From positions 1-48,255 of the forward strand of contig JAUVLO010000001.1 of assembly GCA_030600695.1 (NCBI GenBank): DNA of 48,255 nucleotides, read 5' to 3'. The notes beneath the pieces were generated by a model. That model saw nothing but the letters and a program-made list of their open reading frames with translations. It had not been told where the DNA came from and ran no database searches. The position numbers and the translations under genes are program-made. The stretch comes from Methanosarcinales archaeon. Its GTDB lineage: Archaea; Halobacteriota; Methanosarcinia; Methanosarcinales; Methanocomedenaceae. Below are positions 17,459 to 28,219 of this stretch, one piece after another. The number at the start of each line of letters is the position of its first letter. Positions within the stretch are counted from its first letter, which is position 1.

Positions 17459-19741
17459 ATGGCCAATAAACTGACACTCAGGGTTGCGGAATCCCATCAC
17501 CGTGATGTGGGACGCGACATCGCACGTATCGAGCGGGAAAAGATGGAACTGCTTGGTCTGGTAAGCGGCGATTATATAGAGATCGTTGGTAAGGATACCA
17601 CATATGCCATCGTATGGCCGGCTTATCCTGAAGATCGGGGGAATGACCTGGTCAGGATCGATGGTAATATTCGTAATAATGCCGGGACCAGCCTGGATGA
17701 TAAAGTAAAGATCAGGAAAGCAGAAGCTAAAGAAGCAAAGAGGGTTACACTTGCACCTACCCAGGCCATCAGGCTGGTAGGCGGTGCCCAGTATATCCAC
17801 AGGCTGCTGGAAGGCAGGCCTATTAATAAGGGACAGCAGATCAGGGTAGAGACTGTCAGCAACCCCCTGAACTTCGTGGTATTATCCACCAGCCCCACCG
17901 GCCCTGTATTTGTGGGAAAGAGCACAGCCATCAACCTCAAGGATGAGATTGTGGATGAAAGCAAACTTAAAGGGTCGCCGAAAACAACGTATGAGGATAT
18001 CGGGGGGTTGAGGCGCGAGATCGAACTTGTCAGGGAGATGATCGAACTCCCGCTGCGCCATCCCGAACTTTTCCAGAAACTGGGAATTGACCCGCCAAAA
18101 GGCGTACTGCTGCATGGTCCGCCCGGAACGGGCAAGACCCTGATAGCTAAGGCAGTGGCTAATGAGACCGATGCTAATTTCGTGTCCATCAGCGGTCCCG
18201 AGATCGTGTCCAAATACTACGGTGAGAGTGAGAAACATCTCAGGGATATGTTTGATGAGGCAGAAAAGAACGCACCTACTATCATATTCATTGATGAGAT
18301 AGACAGTATCGCACCAAAACGTGGTGAGGTCACAGGCGAGGTGGAACGCAGGGTAGTGGCCCAGCTGCTCAGCCTGATGGATGGGCTGAAGGGCAGGGGC
18401 GAGGTTATAGTAATAGCAGCCACAAACCGGCCAAATGCCATTGATGAGGCTCTGCGGCGGGGCGGACGGTTCGACAGGGAGATCGAAATCGGTATCCCTG
18501 ACATGAACGGCAGGCTGGAGATATTACAGGTACACACCAGGGGCATGCCCCTGTCCCCTGAACTTAATGGTGAGGGGAATGCTGAAGGTAATAGTGAAGG
18601 TAACGATGCAGGCAAACTGAAAAGGATTGCGGAGCGCACACATGGGTTTGTGGGTGCCGACATGTCATCACTGTGTAAGGAAGCGGCCATGCACGCACTG
18701 CGCAGGTTCCTTCCTGAGATCAATATGGATGAGGAGATCCCTGCCGAAGTCATGGAAAAACTGGAAGTTACCCACAAGGACTTCGATGAGGCGTTTAAGA
18801 ATATCGAACCCTCTGCATTGAGGGAAGTGTTCTTTGAGGTACCCCAGGTGCGTTGGACCGACGTCGGTGGACTGGATGCCATCAAACAGGAACTGGTAGA
18901 GGCAGTGGAATGGCCGCTCAAGTACCCTGAAGCTTTCGAGGCTATCAACACAAAACCACCCAAGGGTATACTGCTCTTCGGGCCTCCGGGTACGGGCAAA
19001 ACCATGCTCGCCAAGGCAGTAGCCAATGAGAGCGAGGCTAACTTTATCAGTATCAAGGGACCTGAGATGTTGAGCAAGTACGTTGGTGAGAGTGAGAAAG
19101 CCGTACGTGAGACTTTCAGGAAAGCGAAACAGGCCAGTCCGGCAATCATATTCTTTGATGAAGTGGACAGCATTGCACCCATGAGGGGAACAAGTTCAGA
19201 CAGCCATGTTACTGAGCGGGTCATCAGCCAGATACTGACTGAAATGGACGGCATGGAGGAACTTAAGGATGTACTGGTAATAGCAGCTACCAACAGGCCT
19301 GATATGGTGGATGCGGCATTGCTCAGACCGGGAAGAGTGGACCGTTTGATATATGTAACGCCACCGGGCGCCGATGCCAGGAAGGCGATCTTTGAGATAC
19401 ACCTGGATGGCAAACCGCTGGATAATAAAGTGGACCTGACCGAGCTGGCCAGGATGACAGACGGATATGTTGGTTCTGATATCGAGGCTATTTGCCGGGA
19501 AGCATCCATTATGGCACTCAGGGAGAAGATCACGCCTGGTATGGACAGGGAAGAATCTAAGAAGATCAAGGATTCCATTGTCATCACAATGGACCATTTC
19601 GATAGTGCCCTGACCCGGGTCAAGCCCACTACGTCCTGTGGCAAACTCCAGGATTATGAAAAGCTTGCCAATGAATTTGCCAGGTATGCCACTGTGGGTT
19701 CAAAGGATGAAACTGAGGAAAAATACAAGATATATGCATGA
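17459..19741 (+). CDS. cdc48: CDC48/VCP-type AAA+ ATPase (two AAA domains)
   Basis: N-domain [12 protein letters not shown].. Two Walker A motifs GPPGTGKT, two Walker B motifs ([16 protein letters not shown]) and SRH regions. GGAGG lies upstream of the ATG. Confidence 0.95.
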   Translation: MANKLTLRVAESHHRDVGRDIARIEREKMELLGLVSGDYIEIVGKDTTYAIVWPAYPEDRGNDLVRIDGNIRNNAGTSLDDKVKIRKAEAKEAKRVTLAPTQAIRLVGGAQYIHRLLEGRPINKGQQIRVETVSNPLNFVVLSTSPTGPVFVGKSTAINLKDEIVDESKLKGSPKTTYEDIGGLRREIELVREMIELPLRHPELFQKLGIDPPKGVLLHGPPGTGKTLIAKAVANETDANFVSISGPEIVSKYYGESEKHLRDMFDEAEKNAPTIIFIDEIDSIAPKRGEVTGEVERRVVAQLLSLMDGLKGRGEVIVIAATNRPNAIDEALRRGGRFDREIEIGIPDMNGRLEILQVHTRGMPLSPELNGEGNAEGNSEGNDAGKLKRIAERTHGFVGADMSSLCKEAAMHALRRFLPEINMDEEIPAEVMEKLEVTHKDFDEAFKNIEPSALREVFFEVPQVRWTDVGGLDAIKQELVEAVEWPLKYPEAFEAINTKPPKGILLFGPPGTGKTMLAKAVANESEANFISIKGPEMLSKYVGESEKAVRETFRKAKQASPAIIFFDEVDSIAPMRGTSSDSHVTERVISQILTEMDGMEELKDVLVIAATNRPDMVDAALLRPGRVDRLIYVTPPGADARKAIFEIHLDGKPLDNKVDLTELARMTDGYVGSDIEAICREASIMALREKITPGMDREESKKIKDSIVITMDHFDSALTRVKPTTSCGKLQDYEKLANEFARYATVGSKDETEEKYKIYA

Positions 19742-19766
19742 GAATAAATTAACAAGGTGATTGATA

Positions 19767-20291
19767 ATGTGGAATAGACGACGAAAGGATATATTTGAGG
19801 ATATTTTCGAAGATATGGATGACATCATCAGAGGGATGTTGGAATCCAGGATTGATACTGAAGAGACGGGTGAGCCCCTTGTATGGGGATATTCCATGAC
19901 CCAGCACGGGAACGAACCGCCTGAGATCAGGGAGTTCGGTAACGTGGGCCTGAGGGATAAAATGTTCTCCGGGCCTGGGTTGGAGCAACAGGGTGGTGCT
20001 GCACGTGTGGAGGCGGATGTGCGCAAGCCTCTTGTTGATATCATGGAAGCTGAGGATAGCTTGCATGTGGTTGTGGAAATGCCTGGTATCACCAAGGAGG
20101 ATGTCAACCTTGAGATTTCCGGGACTGTGCTGAACATTAAGGCAAAGAATGGTGACCGGAAGTATTCCGAACGTGTGGAACTGCCTGCGAGGGTGCTGGC
20201 TGATTCGGCAAGGGCTACTTATAAGAATGGAGTGCTGGAAGTGGTGTTCAAGTACGACAGGTCTGATAAGAAATCTATTAAGGTCGATTAG
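19767..20291 (+). CDS. hsp20: small heat-shock protein Hsp20 (alpha-crystallin domain)
   Basis: Alpha-crystallin core ..VDIMEAEDSLHVVVEMPGITKEDVNLEISGTVLNIKAK...ATYKNGVLEVVF.. AGGTGA lies 6 nt before ATG 19767. Confidence 0.9.
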   Translation: MWNRRRKDIFEDIFEDMDDIIRGMLESRIDTEETGEPLVWGYSMTQHGNEPPEIREFGNVGLRDKMFSGPGLEQQGGAARVEADVRKPLVDIMEAEDSLHVVVEMPGITKEDVNLEISGTVLNIKAKNGDRKYSERVELPARVLADSARATYKNGVLEVVFKYDRSDKKSIKVD

Positions 20292-20310
20292 GTATCTATG
20301 CGAGATTTGC

Positions 20311-20352
20311 GCCGGTGGGGTGTGTTTCTACCGGCGTTGTTTTTTATTTTTT
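20311..20352 (+). terminator. putative terminator after hsp20 (hairpin plus oligo-T)
   Basis: GCCGGT-N13-ACCGGC stem followed by TTGTTTTTTATTTTTT. Oligo-T tracts are the archaeal termination signal. Confidence 0.5.
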
Positions 20353-20940
20353 ATCTCTGGTGTCTTGTTTGTTTGTCTTTTTTTCTTGTGCTTTAAAGTA
20401 CGCCGTCGCAATATTCGTGAATGAATTTGGAGGCATTTGTGGAGTTCATAGTCAACGACCCTGGATTTCGCTAACGCTCAAATCCGAGGCATCAAGAGAA
20501 TGCTCTTTATTCTGTTAATTTTTCATTTGATATTGACTTTTGTTGTTGAGAATTTATTGTAGATTTTTCCCCAAAATTTCTCTGTCTCTTTTTGTTCCAT
20601 AGGAATTATATCCTCTATCGGACCAAGTATTTCCCTGATTTTTGTTTTCATTATTTTCTGACCAAAGCGTTGGACTTGAGTGGAACCGCTCTTCCTTGAA
20701 ATGGCAATAAGGTATAATTAATAGAGAATGTACAATAAGTAATTTTAAATATCTATGAAATATATTTCCAATGATAGGATATAGTTGCGAATAAGTATAA
20801 AAAGTATCTGACTTATAATTATTAACAGTAAAAGGTAAATATAGTAAGCTAATTCAAGACAAAGTAAAGCAATCTCTTAAAGCGGCAGACAGAGCGGATT
20901 GTAGTGGAGTGAACCACGTTATTCACTATACACAGGAACG

Positions 20941-22260
20941 ATGATAGTTATGAAAGTTATAAAGTTAAATTTGACAAACTTCCGGGATGCTCAAGCTCTT
21001 TCCCTAGAGTTAAATCCTAAACTTAACGTCTTTGTTGGTGTGAACGGCTCTGGAAAGTCAACTGTTCTGGATGCAATTGCTATCATGCTTTCATGGCCGG
21101 TTAAGAGAATTATTCGTCAAGGTGCATCTGGCAGTTCAATTACTGAAAATGATATTACAAATGGTAAATCTTCTTCATCCATTCAGTTATCCTGCAAAAT
21201 CGATAGCAAAACGATAGAGTGGAAATTGTCGAAAAACCGAAAAGGACATGCACCTTCAGAAGACAAAACCAATTTGCTTGGTCTAAAGGATTATGTCACA
21301 GCAATTCAAAACCAGATTTCTGAAACTTCAGAAAAAGTTAATATTCCTTTGTTTGTCTATTACCCTGTGAATCGTGCTGTGTCGGATATTCCATTACGGA
21401 TACGTGGACAGCATAACTTTGACCTGCTCACAGCTTATGACAATGCGTTGACTAGTGGTGCAAATTTCAGGACTTTTTTTGAGTGGTTCAGAGTAAGAGA
21501 AGACCTTGAAAACGAAAAATTCAGGGATTATCAAAGTCTGGATAGATTTGTCAAGAAAAATTCGAATGCATCCATCAAACCAATTGATTCTCAATTCCCT
21601 GACCCACAGTTGGAAGCAGTTCGGGATGCATTATCAAAAATTTTACCTAGTTTTTCAAATCTCACTGTTCGAAGAAGTCCTCTGCGAATGGAAGTTGAGA
21701 AAAATGGCAAACGTTTGATAGTGAATCAACTTTCCGGTGGAGAACTAACTTTTATAGCAATGATTGGGGATCTGGCTAGACGAATGGCAATTGCAAACCC
21801 CAATTCCACTAAACCGCTGCTAGGTTCAGGCATTGTCCTCATAGATGAAATTGACCTACATCTGCACCCTAACTGGCAACGGACGATTGTACCTAAGTTG
21901 CGGGATGTTTTTCCAAATTGCCAGTTCATTATATCTACCCATTCGCCGCATGTCATCACCCATGTGCAGCCGGAAAATCTATTCCTTCTAAAGCAAACGG
22001 ATTTAGGTATTGTTGCGGATAAGCCATCCGGGTCATATGGTAAAAATGTGGATCGGGTACTTGAAGATCTTATGGGTCTGAAAACAACACGGCCTGACGA
22101 AGTAGATTTTGATCTTCACAGTATTTTTGAGGCAATCGACGCAGGAAAACTGGAAAAAGCACACAAAATGATTGTTAAATTGGAGCAAAAAATTGGAGCT
22201 GACCCTGAATTGGTGAGGGCAAGAGTCCTCATCAAACGCAGGGAGCTGATTGGCAAATGA
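20941..22260 (+). CDS. ptuA: ABC/OLD-type AAA ATPase, Septu PtuA-like
   Basis: Walker A GVNGSGKST, signature-like LSGGELTF, Walker B IVLIDEIDLHLHP, H-loop ISTHSPHVI. It overlaps the downstream HNH gene by 4 nt. Confidence 0.75.
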   Translation: MIVMKVIKLNLTNFRDAQALSLELNPKLNVFVGVNGSGKSTVLDAIAIMLSWPVKRIIRQGASGSSITENDITNGKSSSSIQLSCKIDSKTIEWKLSKNRKGHAPSEDKTNLLGLKDYVTAIQNQISETSEKVNIPLFVYYPVNRAVSDIPLRIRGQHNFDLLTAYDNALTSGANFRTFFEWFRVREDLENEKFRDYQSLDRFVKKNSNASIKPIDSQFPDPQLEAVRDALSKILPSFSNLTVRRSPLRMEVEKNGKRLIVNQLSGGELTFIAMIGDLARRMAIANPNSTKPLLGSGIVLIDEIDLHLHPNWQRTIVPKLRDVFPNCQFIISTHSPHVITHVQPENLFLLKQTDLGIVADKPSGSYGKNVDRVLEDLMGLKTTRPDEVDFDLHSIFEAIDAGKLEKAHKMIVKLEQKIGADPELVRARVLIKRRELIGK

Positions 22261-22892
22261 AGCATATTGTCAAAGATCAGAATACCCCACTTTTTGATGA
22301 ATGGATGGCACTTGCCAATGATGATTGGCAGCCAACCTATGGGAAAGGCGGTTTGAGAGGGGCAGAAAAGAAAGAACTAAAAGATTCACTCATGAAGGAG
22401 CAAGGATATATTTGTTGCTACTGCGAGCGTCAATTGACTGATGATGACTCCCATATTGAGCATTTCAATCCTCAAAGCAACAACGCTGTCAATCCTTTAG
22501 ATTACACCAATATGCTCTGTTCCTGCCAAGATCAATTGAAAAAAGGAGAACCTCGACATTGTGGGATTTCAAAAGACAATTGGTTTGATAAAGATCTTCT
22601 TATTTCGCCGTTAAATTCGAATTGTGAGGGGGGTTTTGCCTATACTGCAGACGGGAAAATCCAACCTGCTGATGAATTCGATGCTGCAGCAACAAAGACA
22701 ATTGAAAAACTGAAGTTGGATATTGGAATATTAAACGAACGTCGTAAGAAAGCAATAGAGCCATTTTTGGATGAAGAATTGGATGAGCAGGAAGTTTCCC
22801 GATTTGTGAAGGGTTACCTCAAAAAAAACTCGGATGAAATGTTCGGAGAATTCTGGACGACTATCAATTATATATTTGTGCAAAATGTCTAA
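22257..22892 (+). CDS. ptuB: HNH endonuclease (TIGR02646-like), Septu PtuB-like
   Basis: GYICCYCERQLTDDDSHIEHFNPQS followed by CSCQD...HCGISKDNW, which is the HNH/Cys pattern. ATGA overlap with the ATPase gene at 22257-22260. Confidence 0.75.
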   Translation: MKHIVKDQNTPLFDEWMALANDDWQPTYGKGGLRGAEKKELKDSLMKEQGYICCYCERQLTDDDSHIEHFNPQSNNAVNPLDYTNMLCSCQDQLKKGEPRHCGISKDNWFDKDLLISPLNSNCEGGFAYTADGKIQPADEFDAAATKTIEKLKLDIGILNERRKKAIEPFLDEELDEQEVSRFVKGYLKKNSDEMFGEFWTTINYIFVQNV

Positions 22893-23213
22893 AAGTAGGA
22901 ACGCTACGCCAACAAAAGAGCCATTTAATTTTTATTCCTAAATTTAAATTTATAATCTATTACTATTTTAACCTTATTTAGACTGAAAGTTGTTGGAAAT
23001 ATTATATTTTTTTCGGAGCATAAAATCCCTATCGTCTGCAGTCACCGACACACCCCATACAAAATGTAACGAGACCTGTATACAGCACATCCCCTAAATT
23101 ATCCCCCCTACTTCGTGAGTATTCCCATCCTCCCCCACCTCCCCCTGCGTTAGAAAATTTTATCATTCCATATAATAATATTAGCACAATCTTAAATAAG
23201 GAGTTTTTTTGAA

Positions 23214-25181
23214 ATGACCAGAGTAGAAGTACTATTAGGGGAGAAACGAACATTCCATCCTCCTGAAGAAATCGTTGAACAGAGCAACATCAAACAGTGG
23301 ATGGACGCCCATAACATCCCGGATATCGAATCACTTTATAAGCGCAGCCAGGACATCGAATGGTTCTGGGGCGAAGTACAAAAAGACTTAGTAGAGTGGT
23401 ACTCACCCTACGATAAAGTCCTGGACGATTCCAAAAAACCCTTCTACCACTGGTTCACCAACGCCAAATACAACATTGTCCACGACGCCCTCGACCGCCA
23501 CATCGGTACACCCACAGAGAACAAAGTGGCCTACATATTCGAATCCGAACAAGGCGGTGTAACCAAACTTACATACCTGGACATGTACCACGAAGTTAAC
23601 AGGCTGGCCAACAGCCTTAGAGAACTGGGCGTGGGTAAAGGCGACAGAGTAGGAATCTACATGCCCATGATACCTGCCCTGCCCATAGCCATGCTGGCAT
23701 GTGCAAAGATCGGCGCAGTACACAGTGTAGTATTCTCAGGTTACTCTGCCCATGCACTAAAAGACAGGATTATCGATTCAGGTGCAAAGACCTTGATAAC
23801 TACCGATGGTTTCTGGAGAAAAGGGAAGGTCATCAACCTAAAAGAAGAGGCAGATGAAGGAGTAGAGGGTACAGAGGTCAATAATACAATAGTCTACAAA
23901 TGGGCAGACAATGATGTTCAAATGGGAGAACATGACCATTGGTGGCATGAATTGACAAGTGACCAGCCATCCGAATGCGAAACTGAGATCATGGATTCGG
24001 AAGACCCGCTCTTTATCCTCTACACATCAGGTACCACAGGTAAGCCAAAAGGCGTTTTACATGTTCACGGCGGATATGCTGTAGGAATTTCATTCACACT
24101 TAAATGGGTCTTTGACCTGAAACCAGATGATATCTGGTGGTGTGCCGCCGATATCGGGTGGATAACCGGACACAGCTACATTGTATATGCCCCGTTAATA
24201 CTTGGCGTGACCTCAGTGCTGTATGAAGGCGCACCTGCCCATCCACAGCCAAACAGGTTGTGGGAAATAATTGAACGGCACAAAGTAAGTATACTTTATA
24301 CATCACCCACATCCATCAGGATGCACATGCGCTTCGGCGACGAATGGACCCGGAAAAACAATATGGACAGCCTGCGGCTCCTGGGCAGTGTGGGTGAGCC
24401 CATCAATCCCGAAGCCTGGATATGGTACTATGAGAACATTGGCAAAAAACGGTGCCCGGTATTGGATACCTGGTGGCAGACCGAGACCGGTAGTTTTGTA
24501 ATTTCCCCGCTGCCCCTGTCGCCCACAAGACCCGGGTCTGCAGGAAGACCATTACCCGGTTTTAGCGCCCTGGTAGTTGACCATGACGGCAATCCTACCA
24601 TAAATGAAGGGGGCAGTTTGATGATGAACAGTCCCTGGCCAGCCATGCTGCGCACCCTTTACCATGAGTCAGGGAGGTATGAAAAGCATTACTGGAACAA
24701 AGCCGGCGAATTCATAACAGGGGATATTGCCAGGGTAGATAGTGACGGTTATTTCTGGGTACAGGGCAGGGGAGACGACGTATTGAACGTATCAGGCCAC
24801 AGGATAGGCAACTCTGAAGTGGAATCTGCACTGGTCAGCCACCCACATGTCAGTGAAGCCGCAGTGGTAGGCCGTCCTGACGACCTCAAAGGTGAGAGCA
24901 TAACCGCATTTGTGGTGTTAAGGATCGGAGTTGATCGCAGTGAAGAACTGTTACAGGAACTAAGGGGCCACGTGGCCGAAGAGATCGGGAAGATCGCCAG
25001 GCCGGACATGATATACTTTGTTAACGACCTCCCAAAGACCCGAAGCGGTAAGATCATGCGCAGGGTAGTGCGTTCAGCCATTATATCAGGGGAAGTAGGA
25101 GATATCTCCACCCTGTCCAATCCTGAAGCTGTCCATGAAATAGAAATTGCACTACAGAACAATAAGAAAACTCATGGATAG
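23214..25181 (+). CDS. acs: acetyl-CoA synthetase (AMP-forming)
   Basis: Motifs YTSGTTGKPKG, GEP, TWWQTETG, DGYFWVQGRGDDVLNVSGHR and PKTRSGKIMRR. The protein is 655 aa. Confidence 0.95.
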   Translation: MTRVEVLLGEKRTFHPPEEIVEQSNIKQWMDAHNIPDIESLYKRSQDIEWFWGEVQKDLVEWYSPYDKVLDDSKKPFYHWFTNAKYNIVHDALDRHIGTPTENKVAYIFESEQGGVTKLTYLDMYHEVNRLANSLRELGVGKGDRVGIYMPMIPALPIAMLACAKIGAVHSVVFSGYSAHALKDRIIDSGAKTLITTDGFWRKGKVINLKEEADEGVEGTEVNNTIVYKWADNDVQMGEHDHWWHELTSDQPSECETEIMDSEDPLFILYTSGTTGKPKGVLHVHGGYAVGISFTLKWVFDLKPDDIWWCAADIGWITGHSYIVYAPLILGVTSVLYEGAPAHPQPNRLWEIIERHKVSILYTSPTSIRMHMRFGDEWTRKNNMDSLRLLGSVGEPINPEAWIWYYENIGKKRCPVLDTWWQTETGSFVISPLPLSPTRPGSAGRPLPGFSALVVDHDGNPTINEGGSLMMNSPWPAMLRTLYHESGRYEKHYWNKAGEFITGDIARVDSDGYFWVQGRGDDVLNVSGHRIGNSEVESALVSHPHVSEAAVVGRPDDLKGESITAFVVLRIGVDRSEELLQELRGHVAEEIGKIARPDMIYFVNDLPKTRSGKIMRRVVRSAIISGEVGDISTLSNPEAVHEIEIALQNNKKTHG

Positions 25182-25262
25182 TATATCCTTGCCATTGCAG
25201 GATATGCGGTAAAGTTTGTTTTCAACAAGTATAAATATAAATATTAAACATATTTACTACTT

Positions 25263-26642
25263 ATGAAACTCTGTCCCAGCGGCATAGCAAACCTGGATAA
25301 GATGTTAGGTGGTGGCCTGCCAAAACCATCATTGATCCTTATCGCAGGCAGCGTAGGTGTCGGGAAAAGCACCCTGGCATTACAATCGTTATCAGCGGCC
25401 GCTGCAAACGGTGAAAAAGCACTCTATATCCCAATCACATCCCAGTCAGAGGAAAAACTGACTGACTATTTACACAATTACACCTTTTTTAATGACAATA
25501 TCATTATCCGTCCTGTCGACCGCTCCACTGCCGAGAAGGACCCGCTGACCATACTTCTGGACATAGGTACCATAATGGCCTCCATCAATCCTGACCGGGT
25601 AGTGCTAAACCCGCTGACTACACTGGGTTTCGGCTTCCCTGTCAGTGAAATCCGCCGCTTTTATTATTCCTTTGATGCAATGCTGCAGGACTGGTCTGCC
25701 CAAACACTGGTAACAGGCGAATTGAGCAGGCAGGAAGTCCACAATTCGATCCTGCCCCATATTGCAGATGGCGTGATATACCTTGACCAAAAAACAATCG
25801 GGAACAGGACTGTCAGGAAGATGGATATAATCAAAATGCGGGGTGTGGGTGAAACATCTAAAATTACCCGATGTTGTGAGTTCAAGATCGACACAGAAGG
25901 TATCCGTATCTTCCCAAAACTTGAACCTGTAAAAAGCGACCGGCAATTAGGTGATCACCAATTATCAACCGGGGCCAGTGGACTTGACAGCATGATGCAT
26001 GGGGGGATACCTTCCCAATCCACAATACTGGTCATGGGGGGAGCAGGGACAGGTAAGACACTTCTCGGCCTGCAGTTCATAATGGCAGGACTAAAACTGG
26101 GTGAACCTGGAATGATCATACTGTTCGAGGAACGCGAGGACCAGTTGATATATGAAGCTTCCAGGATGGGCTGGGACCTTAAGGGATTCATGGATAGCGG
26201 CCTGCTCCGGATAATCTATGCAAATCCCCCTGATATTTCACCGGACGAACACAACCTGAAGATACAATCGAATGTGGAGACTATTGGTGTAAAACGATTG
26301 CTATATGATGGGGTCTATAACCTTGAATCAGTCATACCAGAGCCAGTAGAATTGAGGGAGCATATCAGGTTGCTTACTGATTTTTTAAAATACAAAGGCG
26401 TCACTGTTATGTTGACCAATGAGGTATCAAAGAAAATTGCACCTGAAAACATGCCTGATATGAGTATTTCATCCATAGCTGATGCCATTATCATGCTTAA
26501 TTTTACAGACGTACAGAACAGGTATGACCGTACCATGTCAGTTCTTAAACTAAGGGGCAGCCACCATGACCTGTCAGTAAGGAAATACATTATCGGGAAT
26601 CATGGCATCGAGATAGTCCAGAAGGGACTTGATGGAATTTAA
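25263..26642 (+). CDS. KaiC-like double RecA-domain ATPase
   Basis: Two RecA/KaiC domains, each with a Walker A motif (GSVGVGKST, GGAGTGKT) and the G(I/L)xxLDxMLxGG(L/I)P entry motif. Confidence 0.85.
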   Translation: MKLCPSGIANLDKMLGGGLPKPSLILIAGSVGVGKSTLALQSLSAAAANGEKALYIPITSQSEEKLTDYLHNYTFFNDNIIIRPVDRSTAEKDPLTILLDIGTIMASINPDRVVLNPLTTLGFGFPVSEIRRFYYSFDAMLQDWSAQTLVTGELSRQEVHNSILPHIADGVIYLDQKTIGNRTVRKMDIIKMRGVGETSKITRCCEFKIDTEGIRIFPKLEPVKSDRQLGDHQLSTGASGLDSMMHGGIPSQSTILVMGGAGTGKTLLGLQFIMAGLKLGEPGMIILFEEREDQLIYEASRMGWDLKGFMDSGLLRIIYANPPDISPDEHNLKIQSNVETIGVKRLLYDGVYNLESVIPEPVELREHIRLLTDFLKYKGVTVMLTNEVSKKIAPENMPDMSISSIADAIIMLNFTDVQNRYDRTMSVLKLRGSHHDLSVRKYIIGNHGIEIVQKGLDGI

Positions 26643-26644
26643 TG

Positions 26645-27034
26645 TTATTCGGGAACGAACTTGGTACCGTAATAGATCATACCCTTTTCACTTTCCTCAC
26701 CCAGTTTCCTGAACACTGGGCGTACCCTGGTACCGATCTCTAATTCTTTGGGTTCGCATATTACCTGGCCGGTCAGGCTGGGACCCTCGTCCAGCTTAAT
26801 TATTGCCAGGTTATACGGGACCTGGTTGGCATAGCCCTTAGCTGCCGTATGGATCACGGTATAAGTGACAACCTCGCCTTTGCCTTCGAACTGGTAACTT
26901 TCGATCTTCCCATCCCTGCGGCAGGATGGACACATCTGCCTGGGCGGGAAATAATATTCTCCACAAGTAGTGCAGTGGGTGCCTATAAGATTGTACCTGT
27001 GCGGGATCTTTCTCCAGAATCTTGCAACTGTCAT
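26645..27034 (-). CDS. DUF35 Zn-ribbon/OB-fold protein (scaffold of the thiolase-HMGCS complex)
   Basis: CTTCGEYYFPPRQMCPSCRR zinc ribbon followed by an OB-fold region. It lies immediately downstream of the thiolase and HMG-CoA synthase genes. Confidence 0.85.
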   Translation of the reverse strand: MTVARFWRKIPHRYNLIGTHCTTCGEYYFPPRQMCPSCRRDGKIESYQFEGKGEVVTYTVIHTAAKGYANQVPYNLAIIKLDEGPSLTGQVICEPKELEIGTRVRPVFRKLGEESEKGMIYYGTKFVPE

Positions 27035-27040
27035 TTCATA

Positions 27041-28213
27041 TCACCTGTCCCTCGAAAATATATGTACCACAGCAGTACCGCCCGAACCGCCTACGTTATG
27101 GGTCATACCGATCCCGGCACCATCGACCTGGCTTTTACCTGCTGTTCCCCTTAGCTGCTCTGCGATCTCTACTGCCTGTTTGAGACCAGTGGCTCCCACC
27201 GGATGCCCGCAGGCCTTAAGACCGCCCGATGTATTCACAGGTATGCGGCTGCCAATGGCAGTCTCGCCATTTTCTGATGCCCTGCCGCCATCACCTTTTT
27301 CGAAAAATCCAAGGTCTTCTATGGCACATATCTCGGCAATAGTAAAGCAGTCGTGTACTTCCACTACATCAATATCGCCAGGAGTAAGTCCAGCCATCTT
27401 ATATGCCCGCTGACCCGCCACCACTGAAGCGTCCAGTGTGGTTATATCTACCCTGTCATGGAGGGAGATAGGACTGCTGGCCTGGGTCGTGGCCTTCACG
27501 TATACAGGAGTGTCAGTATATTTCTTTGCAACATCTGCCGGGGCCAGCACCACAGCAGCCGCACCGTCAGATATTGGAGAACAATCGAACATGTGCAAGG
27601 GATCGGCCACCATGTTGGACCGCAGCACTGTATCAATGGTGATCTCATTTTTAAACTGGGCGATCGGGTTCATAGTACCGTTGTGGTGGTTCTTCACAGA
27701 AACAGCGGCCATCTGCTCTGGCGTAGTACCGTATTTATGCATATGAAGCCTGGCTATCATGGCATACAGACCCGGGAACGTGGCACCCATGATGCCCTCC
27801 CATTCCCTGTCGGCTGCTGCTGCCAGTGCATCGGTGGCTGTGTCCAGGTCTACATCTGTCATCTTCTCGCCACCTGCGGCCACTATAATATCAGCATGGC
27901 CCGAAGCCACGGCAAGGATACCCTGGCGCAGTGCAAGGCCGCCGGAAGCACAGGCCGCTTCCACCCTTGTAGCGGGAACGTGCAAATCACCCGCCAACCC
28001 GGAATAATCGGCTATCAGGCTGCCCACATGTTCCTGTTCCACAAACCTGCCGCCGCTCATATTACCCATATACAGACCGTCGATATCTTCTCCCTGGATA
28101 CCTGCATCCACGATGGCGGACACTCCGGCCTCAACGAAAAGATCCCTTAAGGAACGGTCCCATAACTCTCCGAACTTTGTACAGCCAGTACCGATAATTG
28201 CAACATCCCTCAT
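27041..28213 (-). CDS. acetyl-CoA acetyltransferase (archaeal thiolase)
   Basis: Thiolase fold with the active-site region VEAACASGG and C-terminal [17 protein letters not shown]. Confidence 0.9.
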   Translation of the reverse strand: MRDVAIIGTGCTKFGELWDRSLRDLFVEAGVSAIVDAGIQGEDIDGLYMGNMSGGRFVEQEHVGSLIADYSGLAGDLHVPATRVEAACASGGLALRQGILAVASGHADIIVAAGGEKMTDVDLDTATDALAAAADREWEGIMGATFPGLYAMIARLHMHKYGTTPEQMAAVSVKNHHNGTMNPIAQFKNEITIDTVLRSNMVADPLHMFDCSPISDGAAAVVLAPADVAKKYTDTPVYVKATTQASSPISLHDRVDITTLDASVVAGQRAYKMAGLTPGDIDVVEVHDCFTIAEICAIEDLGFFEKGDGGRASENGETAIGSRIPVNTSGGLKACGHPVGATGLKQAVEIAEQLRGTAGKSQVDGAGIGMTHNVGGSGGTAVVHIFSRDR

Positions 28214-28219
28214 CCTGCA

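Noticed and set aside
18217-19644. 475-aa ORF on the minus strand inside cdc48
   Set aside because: It is fully antisense to a very well supported AAA+ gene. The translation is low-complexity (S/L/A/P-rich) with no motifs. This is a typical shadow ORF.
20399-20510. Partial similarities to other repeats: GCCGTCGCAA (as in the 7594 element) and GAGGCATCAAGAGAATGCTC (as at 35528-35552 and 36528-36550)
   Set aside because: The matches are only about 10 and 20 nt and imperfect. I could not extend them into a convincing alignment by eye, so they are mentioned only as something a repeat finder should re-test.
20521-20940. A search for an integrase, att-type direct repeats or a small gene flanking the Septu islet. 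This includes a 42-codon minus-strand ORF (MKTKIREILGPIEDIIPMEQKE...) and a TTAATTTTT(C)ATT match with 22935-22950.
   Set aside because: The ORF is short and has no motif. The 12-nt AT-rich match is within chance expectation for AT-rich DNA. No recombinase is present.
27458-28150. 230-aa plus-strand ORF, plus other plus-strand ORFs between 26849 and 28007
   Set aside because: They are antisense to the thiolase and DUF35 genes. The translations are rich in H/R/C/G and look like shadow frames of a GC-richer gene.
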